Below, piece by piece: positions 41,377 through 51,347 of a stretch of 64,000 nt of DNA. The notes beneath the pieces are model-generated. The model made no database searches, was not told the DNA's origin, and saw nothing but the letters and a program-made list of their open reading frames with translations. Positions within the stretch are counted from its first letter, which is position 1, and each line of letters starts with the position of its first letter. The DNA lies in the NCBI GenBank assembly GCA_965250285.1, contig OZ252299.1, positions 5,696,001-5,760,000 of the forward strand, read 5' to 3'. Origin of the DNA: Myxococcota bacterium. Lineage in GTDB: Bacteria > Myxococcota_A > UBA9160 > UBA4427. The translations under genes and the position numbers were made by a program.

Positions 41377-43005
41377 TCAGCGCGCGGTGCCGGTCGACGT
41401 CGAGCGTCCGCAGTTGCGGCCGCTGAACACGCAGTCGGCGAGCGACAGGCCGCTGATGTACGAGTTCGAGCAGATACCGGCGGCCGTCCGCCCCGCCGCG
41501 TAGAGCCCCTCGATCGGCGTGCCGCTCTCGTGCAGGACCTGCCCTGAGAGTCCTTCGACCGTCAGGCCACCGAGCGTGATGCACGGCAGTGGGAACCAGG
41601 CGTTGCCGATGGTGCAGTTCACGGCGTAGTACGGGCCGCTGCCGAGGGGCACGAAGTGCTCTTTCGACTTGCCCTGCTCGTCCGGTGCGCCCGATCGCGC
41701 GCGTTCGTTGTAGGCGGTGATCGTGCGCTCGAGTTGGCGATGGGGGATCAAGCACTTCTCTTCGAGCTCGCCGATCGTGCCGGCTCGCTTTCGGTTGATG
41801 AAGAGCGCGATGAGCGCCGTGACATACTGAAAGTTGAGCTTCTTGGCGCGCTTCACATCGGCGAACACGCGATCGCGTCCGGCCTTGTCGAACACGAGCC
41901 ACGCGCGCCCGGCGTGATCGTCGACCGTCTTCTGGCCGATGGCCGAGCCGTAGAGCTCCTCGTTGCAGATACGCTCACCCTCGCCGTCGACCATGATGCC
42001 CTCGACCATGGGCACGGGCGGGTTGATGAACCGCCAGGCACCGACGCGATCCATCTGTGCGAGTCCGGCGCCGACGGTCTGCCCGAGCGAGAGGCCGCTG
42101 CCGTCGTCGGCCGCCGTACCGAGGGCCATGCCTTTCAGGTACGGCGCCGCGAAGCGCCGCATCAGCGCGCGGTTGTACACGAACCCGCCCGCCGCGAGCA
42201 CGACGCCGCCGCGCGCTCCGATGCGCACCGTGCGTCCGTGGTCACGCTCGAGGTCGGCGATCTTCTGCATCGTCCGCTCGTAGAAGCGCTCGCTGAACAT
42301 GCCGAGCTGGGTGGCCCGGGCCCGGAGCCGGGCGAGCTTCTTTGCGATCGGCCCCGAGCTCGGCAGCTCGCACATTTCGGCTCCGATGACGCGCCCCGAG
42401 GCGTCGATGACGAGCCGCTGCACGCGCGTATTCAGGCGAATCTCGGCCCCCGATGCCTTCGTCGCCTCGCGTACGTGTCGAAACAGCACGTTGCCGGTGA
42501 GCGCGTGCCCGAGTGCTCGGTGTCCGCGCGGGACGCTCGGCGTCGTGTCGCTGTACGGCGGGCACAGCTCGTTGCCCGAGAAGTAGAGTGTGACGTCGTC
42601 TTCGGGGTACGACGTCTTCGGTGCGTGACCGCTCGGCGGGAAGGGCACGCCCATGTCTTCGAGGAAGGCGAGGTCGTCGAGGCTTCGGTCGCAGTAGGCG
42701 CGCAGCACCTCGTCGGGCACACAGCCCTGTGTCTCGAGCGAGAGATAGCGGTACATCTGCTCGGGGTCGTCCTGATAGCCGGCCGCCACCTGCTGTCGCG
42801 AGCCGCCGCCGGCGATGAAGACGCCGCCGCTGCGTGCGCTCGCGCCACCGCCCCCGAATCGATCGACGATGCAGACCGAGGCGCCCGCGCGCCGCGCTTC
42901 GATCGCGGCGCTGGCCCCCGCGAGGCCGAAACCGACGACGAGCACGTCGACATGATGGTCGAGCGCGTCCTCGGTGAGCGTGACGGGCGGCAGGATCGGC
43001 TGCAT
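41377..43005 (-). CDS. FAD-binding oxidoreductase, 3-ketosteroid dehydrogenase-like
   Basis: VVGFGLAG, GGASARSGG, VLAAGGF, TLGGL, GLYAAG, YISGLSLADCVFSGR. Confidence 0.88.
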   Translation of the reverse strand: MQPILPPVTLTEDALDHHVDVLVVGFGLAGASAAIEARRAGASVCIVDRFGGGGASARSGGVFIAGGGSRQQVAAGYQDDPEQMYRYLSLETQGCVPDEVLRAYCDRSLDDLAFLEDMGVPFPPSGHAPKTSYPEDDVTLYFSGNELCPPYSDTTPSVPRGHRALGHALTGNVLFRHVREATKASGAEIRLNTRVQRLVIDASGRVIGAEMCELPSSGPIAKKLARLRARATQLGMFSERFYERTMQKIADLERDHGRTVRIGARGGVVLAAGGFVYNRALMRRFAAPYLKGMALGTAADDGSGLSLGQTVGAGLAQMDRVGAWRFINPPVPMVEGIMVDGEGERICNEELYGSAIGQKTVDDHAGRAWLVFDKAGRDRVFADVKRAKKLNFQYVTALIALFINRKRAGTIGELEEKCLIPHRQLERTITAYNERARSGAPDEQGKSKEHFVPLGSGPYYAVNCTIGNAWFPLPCITLGGLTVEGLSGQVLHESGTPIEGLYAAGRTAAGICSNSYISGLSLADCVFSGRNCGRSTSTGTAR

Positions 43006-43045
43006 GACGAACGGGTCTCCAAAGAACGGACGGTCAAGAGTAACA

Positions 43046-43191
43046 CCGGTCGTGCCGGCTTCGGACGTGCGCGCCGCGATCCGGTCGTGCCGGCTTCGGA
43101 CGTGCGCGCCGCGATCCGGTCGTGCCGGCTTCGGCGATGCGCGCGCCGATCCGGTCGTGCCGGCTTCGGCGATGCGCGCCCCGATCCGGTC
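43046..43191. repeat. 35-bp tandem repeat, 4 copies plus a partial
   Basis: CCGGTCGTGCCGGCTTCGG(ACG/CGA)TGCGCGC...CGAT at 43046, 43081, 43116, 43151; partial at 43186; no spacers. Confidence 0.95.
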
Positions 43192-43261
43192 TGACGCGCA
43201 CCGATCGCAGCCGCCACGGGGCGAGCTACGCTCGAAGGCGAGCCCCCGACGAGGAGTGCGG

Positions 43262-44485
43262 ATGGAACCCGTGAGCTGGTTCGAAGACGCGATCGTGCCC
43301 GTCCGAGCCGATATCGGCGAGGCCCACGCCGAGTACTGGCGTCGTCTCGCTGCGCCCGGCACGTGGTGGACGGGCGCCGAGCGCGTCGCCATCGCAGCGG
43401 AGAGCCGCGCGGCGCTCGACTGCAAGCTGTGTCGCGAGCGCAAGGTCGCGCTCTCGCCGAACTCGGTCGTCGGTGAGCATGACACCGCGCCGGGTTCGAC
43501 CGAGTGCCTTCCGTCGGCAGCCATCGACGCCGTCCACCGCATCGTGACCGACGCCGCGCGCCTGTCTTCGGGCTTTCTGCGCAGCATCGAGAGCGAGGGG
43601 GTCGACGACGGGCGCTACGTCGAGCTCGTCGGGATCGTCGTCGCCATGATCAGCATCGACGAGATGGCGCGGGGTGTCGGCGCACCGCTCGCGCCCTTGC
43701 CCGAGCCGATCCCGGGTGAGCCGACCCGCAAGCGACCCGACGAGGCCAAGCCCGACGGCGCGTGGGTGCCGATGCTCCCCGAGTCACAGCCCAAGGGTGA
43801 GAACGCCGATCTCTGGCCCCGCGGCGCAAACGTCATCCGCGCGATGAGCCTCGTGCCGAATGCGGTGCGCGATCTCAAGCTGCTCTCGGCCGTGCACTAC
43901 CTGCCGATGGAGCAGGTCATCGACATGTCGCAGGGCGGCATCATGTCGCGCCCGCAGATGGAGCTCGTGGCGGGCCGCGTCAGCGCCCTGAACGAGTGCT
44001 TCTACTGAACGTCTTCACACGCGATGATGCTCCGTGCGAGCGTCGAGATGGATGGCGGTGAGGTCGATCTGAATGCGGTGACGAAGCCCGGCGAGGATCC
44101 GGGTGAAGCGCTCGAGGGCGCGACCGAGCTCCTTGCGTTCGCCGACGCCATGGTCGGGCGTGACGAGGCCGAGCTGGACCAGGCGCGACGAGCACTGATC
44201 GACCGCCTGGGTGCCGAGCAATTCGTCGAAGCGGCGGCCGTGGTCGCCAACTTCCAGCGCATGGTGCGCATCGCCGATGCGACGGGCATCCCGCTCGACG
44301 GCATCGTGATGACGATGACCGACGACTTTCGCGGCGAGCTCGGCATCGATGCCTTCGAGGGCGCGGCGCGATCGAAGCCGGTCGGCGTCGTCGGGAAGGT
44401 GACCGCTCCGCTGCTGCGCGGTTTCTTCAAGCGGGTGATGCCGCGGCTTGCGAAGCGGATGGCGCCGGGCCCGGTCGAGCGCTGA
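43262..44485 (+). CDS. AhpD/CMD-like alkylhydroperoxidase-related selenoprotein (Sec at UGA 44006-44008)
   Basis: The ORF ending ALNECFY-TGA is in frame with the next ORF. Read-through gives ELVAGRVSALNECFYUTSSH, matching the AhpD NxCxxCxxxH motif. GAGGAG RBS at the start. Confidence 0.8.
44009..44050 (+). promoter_or_regulatory. Putative bacterial SECIS element
   Basis: Stem GATGCTC/GAGCGTC (44026-44044) with loop CGTGC containing GU, 24 nt after the UGA. Confidence 0.7.
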
Positions 44486-44523
44486 GTGCGCGCCGCTGGC
44501 CCGAGCGGCCGCGTACCCGTCGC

Positions 44524-45228
44524 TCAGACGCCTTCGGCGGGCAGACCGAACTGCACTCGGATCTCTGCGAGGGGCTCCTCGAAGCGATCTTCCCAGCGCT
44601 CGAGCTGAAGGTTCTGTGTCTCGCGCCCGAGTCGCCAGCCGCGACTGATTGCGTCCATGACCGGCACGATGCCATCGGGCTCGAGGAACGTCATGCGCGA
44701 CGTCGTCGTCGCCATCCACATCCCGAAATAGGGAAACTGGAGCTGCGCCAGGCAGAACGCCTGCAGCTCGAGCTCGTGCAGCGAGCTCGGCGTGTAGCCC
44801 GTGACGACGTGCAACAGGTCGTGAATCTGGAACCCGCGGATGATCGCGTACTTCAGGTCGGCCGGCATTCGGTCGAGCCGGCCCTTCGCCGACATGAACT
44901 CATGGAGCTGCGCGTAGTTGGTGGCGAGATTCTTCTCGAGCCCGTTGTGGGTCAGAAACTCGAAGTAGCTCCGTCCGAGCGATCCCGCCGGCATCGCCTC
45001 GAGCGTCGCGAGCTCGATCGGGTCGGCGAGGTACCCGGCCTCGAGGAACGCCTTGGCGCCGGGCGTCTTGCTGAAGCCATCGAGGTAGCGTTCGATCGTG
45101 ATCTCGGGAGCGGTCGCCCACCACTCGTTGAAGAGCAGATGGACCCCGTGTGCCTGCGGATCGTCGAAGGTCTGCACCATCTTCTCGACGAAGTCGGGGT
45201 GGAGTCGCGGCTTGTCCGAAGTCGCCAT
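44524..45228 (-). CDS. Coq4 family protein
   Basis: LEAMPAGSLGRSY; HDLLHVVTGY...ELELQAF (HDxxH-x11-E). Confidence 0.85.
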   Translation of the reverse strand: MATSDKPRLHPDFVEKMVQTFDDPQAHGVHLLFNEWWATAPEITIERYLDGFSKTPGAKAFLEAGYLADPIELATLEAMPAGSLGRSYFEFLTHNGLEKNLATNYAQLHEFMSAKGRLDRMPADLKYAIIRGFQIHDLLHVVTGYTPSSLHELELQAFCLAQLQFPYFGMWMATTTSRMTFLEPDGIVPVMDAISRGWRLGRETQNLQLERWEDRFEEPLAEIRVQFGLPAEGV

Positions 45229-45376
45229 CGCGTGCTCCCGCGCGCGGCCGAGTCGACGGCCGCCTGGGTTGGCCGGCACGACCGACCCTGCGCGCGATCA
45301 TGCCCCTCGCGGGCATCAGATGGCAACCGCTTCGCGCTCTCGGGCGACTCGCGGCGCTCCGGGAGCGAGTCTGTGC

Positions 45377-46141
45377 TCAGTCGGCGCCCGGCAGCCACTT
45401 CATGCGAACGCCGGCCGACCAGCCGCCGTCGCTCACGAACTCGGAGCCCGTCGAGTACGAGCAATCGTCGCTCGCGATGAAGAGCGCCATGCGCGCGATG
45501 TCCTCGCTGCGACCGCAGCGGGGCAGCGCCTGGTCCTTGTAGAACTCGTCGATGGTCTCGATCGCGGTCGGGTTGCCCATGATCGTGTCGACCCCACCAG
45601 GATGCAGCGAGTTGACGCGGATGCCGTGGTGGCCGAACTCGAGCGCTGCGACCTTGGTCATGCCGCGGATCGCCCACTTCGACGATGCGTACGCGACGAT
45701 GCCGTTCTTCGCCTGGAGCCCGTCGATCGAGGACACGTTGACGATCGAGCCGCCGCCGCCCGCCTTCATGACGGGCGCGACGCTCTTCATGCCGAGGAAG
45801 CATCCGAGCTGATTGATCTCGATGATGCGCATGTAGTCCTCGATCGACTGCTCTTGGATCGAAGCGAACTGCATGACGGCCGCGTTGTTCACGAGGACGT
45901 TCAGCGTGCCGTAGTCGGCCGCGGCATCGAGGGCCGACTTCCAGCTCTCGGGCTGGCGAACGTCCATTTGAACGAAGGTGCAGGCGTCGCCGATGTCTGC
46001 GGCGACGGCCCGGCCCTCTTCTTCGAGGACGTCCCCGATCACGACCTTCGCGCCCTCGTCACAGAAGAGGCGCGCCTCGGCCTCACCCTGTCCGCGGGCA
46101 CCGCCCGTGATGATCGCCACCTTGCCGTCGAGCCTGCCCAT
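45377..46141 (-). CDS. SDR oxidoreductase (3alpha,20beta-hydroxysteroid dehydrogenase-like)
   Basis: TGGARGQG, NNAA, YASSKWAIRG, VNSLHPG. Confidence 0.9.
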   Translation of the reverse strand: MGRLDGKVAIITGGARGQGEAEARLFCDEGAKVVIGDVLEEEGRAVAADIGDACTFVQMDVRQPESWKSALDAAADYGTLNVLVNNAAVMQFASIQEQSIEDYMRIIEINQLGCFLGMKSVAPVMKAGGGGSIVNVSSIDGLQAKNGIVAYASSKWAIRGMTKVAALEFGHHGIRVNSLHPGGVDTIMGNPTAIETIDEFYKDQALPRCGRSEDIARMALFIASDDCSYSTGSEFVSDGGWSAGVRMKWLPGAD

Positions 46142-46217
46142 CGAGTCGTTCTCCTGTCGGGGTTCGGCGTCGCCGCGCAGGTCGCGCCGGGCGCCGAGGG
46201 GGCGATATCGTACCGCC

Positions 46218-46931
46218 ATGGAGACCCTGGCGCTGCGCGTGAGTCACAAGCGGCCGGAGCCCGTCGACTTCGAAGTGCCGACGGGCTTCGTCGAGATCCA
46301 GCATGAGCGCTCGCATGGCGTGTTGCTGACTCCGGAAGAGATCGATCCCGACGCCACCTATCCGCTGGTCACCGTGTTGCACGGCGCGGGCCGCATGGAA
46401 GAGGCGTTCGTCAAGATGTGCCGCCGCATTCCGGACGAGCGGCAGATGCTCGTCTTCATTCCGGTGTCGGTCGAGCCGACGTGGGATCTCATCGTGCGAG
46501 ACGGCACACGACCCGACGCAGACTTCCTCGAGCATGCGTTCGACCTGATCTACCGGCGATTTCCGGTGGCCGAGCACAAGCAGGCGCTGCTCGGGTTCTC
46601 GGATGGCGCGAGCTATGCGCTCTCACTCGGGCTCTCGAACCCTGCGCTCTTCGATGCGCTGATGGCGTGGGCCGCCGGCTTCGTCGCGGTCGACGGCGCG
46701 ATCGTCACCGACGACGATCCGAAGCAGCGCGTCTATCTCGAGTACGGCACCCACGACGAGCTCTTCCCCTTCGAGCAGGTGGCGCTGGGCATGAAGCAGA
46801 GCCTCGAGCAGGCCGGGCACGACGTGACGTTCAGCGTCGACGAAGGCGGTCGCCACTGGCCCTCTGGGTCGTTCCTTCCCGAGGCGCTGCAGTGGTGGCT
46901 GGGCGATCCGCCGCCGCGGCGGGTGGGCTGA
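46218..46931 (+). CDS. Alpha/beta hydrolase (phospholipase/carboxylesterase)
   Basis: LHGAG, nucleophile GFSDG, GTHDELFP, GGRH. Confidence 0.88.
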   Translation: METLALRVSHKRPEPVDFEVPTGFVEIQHERSHGVLLTPEEIDPDATYPLVTVLHGAGRMEEAFVKMCRRIPDERQMLVFIPVSVEPTWDLIVRDGTRPDADFLEHAFDLIYRRFPVAEHKQALLGFSDGASYALSLGLSNPALFDALMAWAAGFVAVDGAIVTDDDPKQRVYLEYGTHDELFPFEQVALGMKQSLEQAGHDVTFSVDEGGRHWPSGSFLPEALQWWLGDPPPRRVG

Positions 46932-46949
46932 AGCGAAGGCGCGCGAAGC

Positions 46950-47540
46950 TCAGGTGGCATCGCGGCATAGGATGAAGGTGCCGATCACCTTCTTCTCGCG
47001 CTTGTGGGCCTGGCCGATCGACACGTGGGACGAGACGCGGCGCATGTAGTCGCGGGTCTCGAAGTACACGAAGCGCTGCAGCCCCTGGCGGTTCGGTCGC
47101 ACGGGCGGCCAGCTGGTTGCGACCTCGGCGTCGGGCACCATGTAGTAGTCGACGACGATTGCGCCGCGGGAGTCGCCGGCTTCGGTCTCATGCGCCACGA
47201 AGTAGCCGGGCCCGATCAGGGGGCGACTCGGCCCCTCGTTGAAGCCGAACAGCCGCGACCCGTCGCCCGCGGGTCGGCAGAATCGCTTCTCGAAGAGCTT
47301 GAACGCCGGCAGACTGTTGCGGCCGAAGTGGACGACCTCGTCCCGGGCCGCCGTGTCGCTCGGCACGAAGAACGAGAGATCGAGCGGCGGACTCGATGCG
47401 GCGCATTCGAACAGTCGCCGCTGATCGGCCCCGCCGAGGGCTTGCGTCTCCGCCCGGCGCCTGGCCGGGTCGAGCGCATCGAGGTGCGCCGAGATCTCGT
47501 CGATCTTCGCGTCACCTCGCACGAGCGATTCGAGCGACAC
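46950..47540 (-). CDS. Hypothetical protein
   Basis: GTG start with GAGGAG RBS; typical codon bias; GRNSLPAF, GPGYFV, DYMRRVS. Confidence 0.75.
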   Translation of the reverse strand: MSLESLVRGDAKIDEISAHLDALDPARRRAETQALGGADQRRLFECAASSPPLDLSFFVPSDTAARDEVVHFGRNSLPAFKLFEKRFCRPAGDGSRLFGFNEGPSRPLIGPGYFVAHETEAGDSRGAIVVDYYMVPDAEVATSWPPVRPNRQGLQRFVYFETRDYMRRVSSHVSIGQAHKREKKVIGTFILCRDAT

Positions 47541-47648
47541 GCGGTCTCCTCTGCGACCCCGTCCCAGGCAGCAGACCCCGGACTCACGCGAGCATAGTCG
47601 ACTCGGGAGGCCGCAGTGTCGCGGGTCGCGCGCCGGAGCGCAGCCCGA

Positions 47649-48947
47649 TCACGAGGCGTCGAAGAACGGGTCGTCGGGCTCTTCGCGATCGATGAAGCGG
47701 TGCCGGTGGCCGCCCTGCTGCTTGGCCGCGTACATGGCCGCGTCGGCTGCCTCGTGCAGCTCCTCGACCGTGTCGCCGTCGTCGGGATAGAGGGCTACGC
47801 CGATGCTGGCCGAGAGTGTCCCCACGACGCCGGGCGCGATCTCGACGTCGCCCGAGAGCTCGCTCTGCAAGCGCAGTGCAAACGTGTGAGCGGCCTCGCG
47901 CGAATCGAGAAGCTCGACGAGGACCGCAAACTCGTCGCCGCCGAGGCGGGCGACCGCGTCGGTCACGCGCAGGAACCGGCGCAGTCGGTTGCCGACCGCC
48001 TGCAGCATCCGATCGCCCGCCGGGTGACCGTGTTCGTCGTTGACCGACTTGAACTCGTCGAGGTCGATCATGAACAGGCCGACCTTCTGTTTGGTGCGGT
48101 CGGCGCGGCGCAGAGCCGTTTCCTGCAGCTCCATGAAGAGCCGGCGATTGGGCAGCTGCGTGAGGATGTCGTGTCCGGCCTGGTAGCGGAACTTCGCGCG
48201 CTCGAGCGCGATCGTTCGGCGGAGATTGGCGTTGATGGTTTCGTACGCACCGATCACCGCCGATGCCCCGATGCACGCGATCGAGAGGTTGATCAGAGCG
48301 GTGGCCCGGTAGGTCGGGATGTCCATCGAAGGGATGTACACGAGGCCCGTCTGCTGGAGCACGAAGAGCGTGGCGGTCGTCGCGATCACGGCGCCGCTCC
48401 AGGCGGTACACGCGCGCTTTCCACTCAGCAGGCCGGCGACGATCGGGGCCATCACCCAGAGCGCGACGACCGAAGACTGAATGCCGCCGAGCATCAGGGC
48501 CGAGACGGCCATCGTCGCAAAGACGTTGGCGACGGTCGTGTGCGCGGCGAGTTCGAGCGCGCCGACTCGCACGGCGGTGAGGCCGACGCCGAGGCCGACG
48601 ACGAACGCGGGCATGACCACGATGGCGACCTCGCGGCTCACCTGCGGCATGTCGAGCACCGTCACCATGAGGATCGCGACACCGGCCGCGAGCACCCCGA
48701 AGATCAGATTGAATGTGACGACGAGCTCGGCTCGCAGCCGTTCCAGCTCGCTCTGGATCGCGGGGCGGGGCAGGAACCAGCCCACCGCGGAACGTCCCAG
48801 CGCGAACACGCGACCGACGCCGTGCCGCCCGGCCGCCCGGCCGGACGGGGGCTCTTCGCCGCCGATCCGGGCGCCGTCCTGGAGATCCTCGAACATGCGT
48901 TCTGCATCGACGACGAGGAACTCGCTCTTGAGCGAGGCGCTGCGCAC
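47649..48947 (-). CDS. Membrane-bound diguanylate cyclase
   Basis: Multiple TMs; HDILTQLPNR, IDLDEFK, I-site RVTD, intact GGDEF. Start uncertain. Confidence 0.92.
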   Translation of the reverse strand: MRSASLKSEFLVVDAERMFEDLQDGARIGGEEPPSGRAAGRHGVGRVFALGRSAVGWFLPRPAIQSELERLRAELVVTFNLIFGVLAAGVAILMVTVLDMPQVSREVAIVVMPAFVVGLGVGLTAVRVGALELAAHTTVANVFATMAVSALMLGGIQSSVVALWVMAPIVAGLLSGKRACTAWSGAVIATTATLFVLQQTGLVYIPSMDIPTYRATALINLSIACIGASAVIGAYETINANLRRTIALERAKFRYQAGHDILTQLPNRRLFMELQETALRRADRTKQKVGLFMIDLDEFKSVNDEHGHPAGDRMLQAVGNRLRRFLRVTDAVARLGGDEFAVLVELLDSREAAHTFALRLQSELSGDVEIAPGVVGTLSASIGVALYPDDGDTVEELHEAADAAMYAAKQQGGHRHRFIDREEPDDPFFDAS

Positions 48948-49040
48948 CCCGCGCTTCCGCGCCCGGCATGGCGCGATCGACGCTCGGGTTTCGAAGCAGT
49001 TCGGGCGGGGTCCCAGGCGAGTGCGTGTATTCCGCTCAGG

Positions 49041-50399
49041 CTAGAACGCGTACTCGAGTGAGACGCGCAGGGCGTTGTACTGCTGTGCGCCGGTGTAGGT
49101 GAGGCCGATCGACGCGCGGTCGCGCACCGCGCCGCTGCCGAGCGACCGCGTGGCCCCGAAGTGCAGGCCCACTTCGTTGTAGTGCTCGGTGAACACGCGT
49201 GAGCCGAGCAGCCAGTTGTCGGTGAAATCGAGGCGCACGAACATCGGCTGCTGACGGAATCGGAGCGGGAGCGCTTGCTCGACCTCGAAGCCGTTGCGGA
49301 CGAGATAGTTCGTGATCGCGTAGGTGATCTCGTAGCCGAGCCACTCGATGCCGTCGATGCTCGACGAAGCGCTGAAGCTGTTGCCGAGTCGGAGCGTCGT
49401 GCGGCCGATCTTCCACTGCATGTGGCTCGAGACCGCGGTCGAATAGAGCACGGCGAGCCCGCCGAGCTGGAGCGAGCCTGCGATTCCGGCGCGACCCTGC
49501 GTGTAGATGTTCCACCAGGGCGTGGCGCGGTACAGCAGGCCGATGCCCGCATGGGCCGACGCGGTGTGTGCGTCGCGTTCGGTCTGCGTGTAGGCGATCG
49601 GCATGTCGAAGGTGATCGCGAGCCGTGGTTCCTTCAGGTTCAGGGTGTACTCGAACGCCAGATCGGCCACGAAGCCGTTCCACGGGCCGCCCCAGAATGG
49701 CGAGTAGTCGGCACGCACGTTGAAGACGTCGTCGCCTGTCCAGACCTCGCCGTTCTCATCGGCGGCGAACTCGTCCTTGGGGCGAAACGCCGCGCGAGCG
49801 GCGAGGTCGTAGGGTGCCTGCATCATGCGCGACTGCAGGCTGAAGGGGTTGCCCGCGACCGGGTCGACGGCCGAGTCGGCGACGAAGGCCTGCAGCAGGT
49901 TGGTGAGCGCGGTGGCTTCCGAGTCGGGGAGCGGCAGGCCGTTCTCGAGCCAGCTCTCGAAGAGGTCGAGCGACTCCTCGCGGCTGTCGCCGTCGAAGGC
50001 GATGTCGATCCCTGCGGCCTCGATCTGGAAGAAGAAGGCGGCGTCGTTCTCGTTGAACCCGGCCCGCGCCGCGACGCCGCGCAGGTTCAGGTTGGCGTAG
50101 ACGCGATCGGTCAGCGGATCGTAGTTGCCGCTGGTCAGGTCGTTCAGCGCCGAGCCATCGAAGAGCGTGTCGACGTCGAAGACCGAATTCACACCGCGCT
50201 GGAGGTTCGTGTAGACGCCGATCTCGTAGTTCGCACGGAACAGCTGATCGCGGACGTCGGCCCTCGCGTCGCTGGCAAGGCCGAAGCCGAGCACGACCCC
50301 CCAGAGCACGACGCCGAGGCGCAGGCTGTGGATGCTCGGGCGGCGTCGAAGGGCCAGGCTGGACTGTCGCGGAGCGGGCATGGCGGCGACTCGGGTCAC
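49041..50399 (-). CDS. Outer-membrane beta-barrel-like protein (solitary autotransporter-barrel-like)
   Basis: Signal peptide (ARA-D), alternating aromatic beta strands, C-terminal VSLEYAF. Confidence 0.65.
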   Translation of the reverse strand: MTRVAAMPAPRQSSLALRRRPSIHSLRLGVVLWGVVLGFGLASDARADVRDQLFRANYEIGVYTNLQRGVNSVFDVDTLFDGSALNDLTSGNYDPLTDRVYANLNLRGVAARAGFNENDAAFFFQIEAAGIDIAFDGDSREESLDLFESWLENGLPLPDSEATALTNLLQAFVADSAVDPVAGNPFSLQSRMMQAPYDLAARAAFRPKDEFAADENGEVWTGDDVFNVRADYSPFWGGPWNGFVADLAFEYTLNLKEPRLAITFDMPIAYTQTERDAHTASAHAGIGLLYRATPWWNIYTQGRAGIAGSLQLGGLAVLYSTAVSSHMQWKIGRTTLRLGNSFSASSSIDGIEWLGYEITYAITNYLVRNGFEVEQALPLRFRQQPMFVRLDFTDNWLLGSRVFTEHYNEVGLHFGATRSLGSGAVRDRASIGLTYTGAQQYNALRVSLEYAF

Positions 50400-50540
50400 A
50401 CGGTGAAAGGCGCGGCCGCAGATTGCCCGACCGAATTGCGCGGGGCAAGCAGCGGCGTCCGCGAAGGTGGACTCGATCGTGCTTTGTGTCTCGCGGTCGA
50501 TGAATTCCGCCGGCTTTCACGTCCCACGTTGCGGTTCGCG

Positions 50541-51347
50541 TCAGGCTCGTCGCTCGTCGTTCGCGAGCTCTGCGAGCACCGTGCTCGCATGCACGAGTCG
50601 GCTGCCGAACCACGAGAACGCCTCGCCGTCGACCAGACGGACCTCGGCGTCGGGCAGCAGGGCGGCGACTTCGGGCACGTGCTTCTCGGCGAAGGGAAAC
50701 GGCTCGGACGACAAGAGCACGATCTCGGGTGCGGCCTCTCGAAGCGCGTCATCGCTGAGTTCGGGGTACCGCTCGAGTCCCTGCTCGGCGAGCACGTTCA
50801 CGAAGCCGCAGCGATCGAGCAGGTCGTGGATGAACGTGTTCGACCCGGCTCCCATCCATGGTCGGCGCCAGATCAGATACGCGACCCGGCGCCCATCGGC
50901 GTCGGGCAGGGCGTCGAAGCCCGACCGGATCTTGCGCCGGAGCGCGGTCGCCCGATCGGCGGCAGCCACGACGTCGCCCAGCGCACCGATCATCTCGAGC
51001 GCGTCGTCGAGTGTCCGCACGTCGCTCATCCACACCGGGTAGAGATCGGCGAGCTGTTCGATCTGCGTCCGCTCGTTCTCTTCCTTGTTGCCGATCAGCA
51101 GGTCGGGACGGAGCGGTGCCACGCGCTCGGGATGGATCTGCTTGGTGCCTCCGACCCGGGGAACGTCGGTCAGCGCCTCCTTCGGGTGTACGCAGAAGCG
51201 TGTCGCTCCGACGACGCGATCGCCGACACCGAGATCGAAGAGCAGCTCGGTCTGCGACGGCACGAGCGAGACGATGCGCTTGGGGTCGAGAGGCACCTCG
51301 ACCTCACGGCTCATCTGGTCGTGCACGCGACGGGTCTCGGCCTTCAT
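50541..51347 (-). CDS. Helical-backbone metal receptor (BtuF-like ABC substrate-binding protein)
   Basis: RIVSLVPSQTE, TRFCVHP, VGGTK, NKEEN, LSSEPFPF, DGEAFSWFG. Confidence 0.9.
   Translation of the reverse strand: MKAETRRVHDQMSREVEVPLDPKRIVSLVPSQTELLFDLGVGDRVVGATRFCVHPKEALTDVPRVGGTKQIHPERVAPLRPDLLIGNKEENERTQIEQLADLYPVWMSDVRTLDDALEMIGALGDVVAAADRATALRRKIRSGFDALPDADGRRVAYLIWRRPWMGAGSNTFIHDLLDRCGFVNVLAEQGLERYPELSDDALREAAPEIVLLSSEPFPFAEKHVPEVAALLPDAEVRLVDGEAFSWFGSRLVHASTVLAELANDERRA

Noticed and set aside
43046..43191. 35-bp repeats as a CRISPR array
   Set aside because: Units are contiguous with no unique spacers, and there are no cas genes in the window.
44006..44008. Nonsense-mutation pseudogene
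   Set aside because: The UGA falls exactly at the second Cys of a redox motif and is followed by a SECIS-like hairpin, so Sec is more parsimonious, though unproven.
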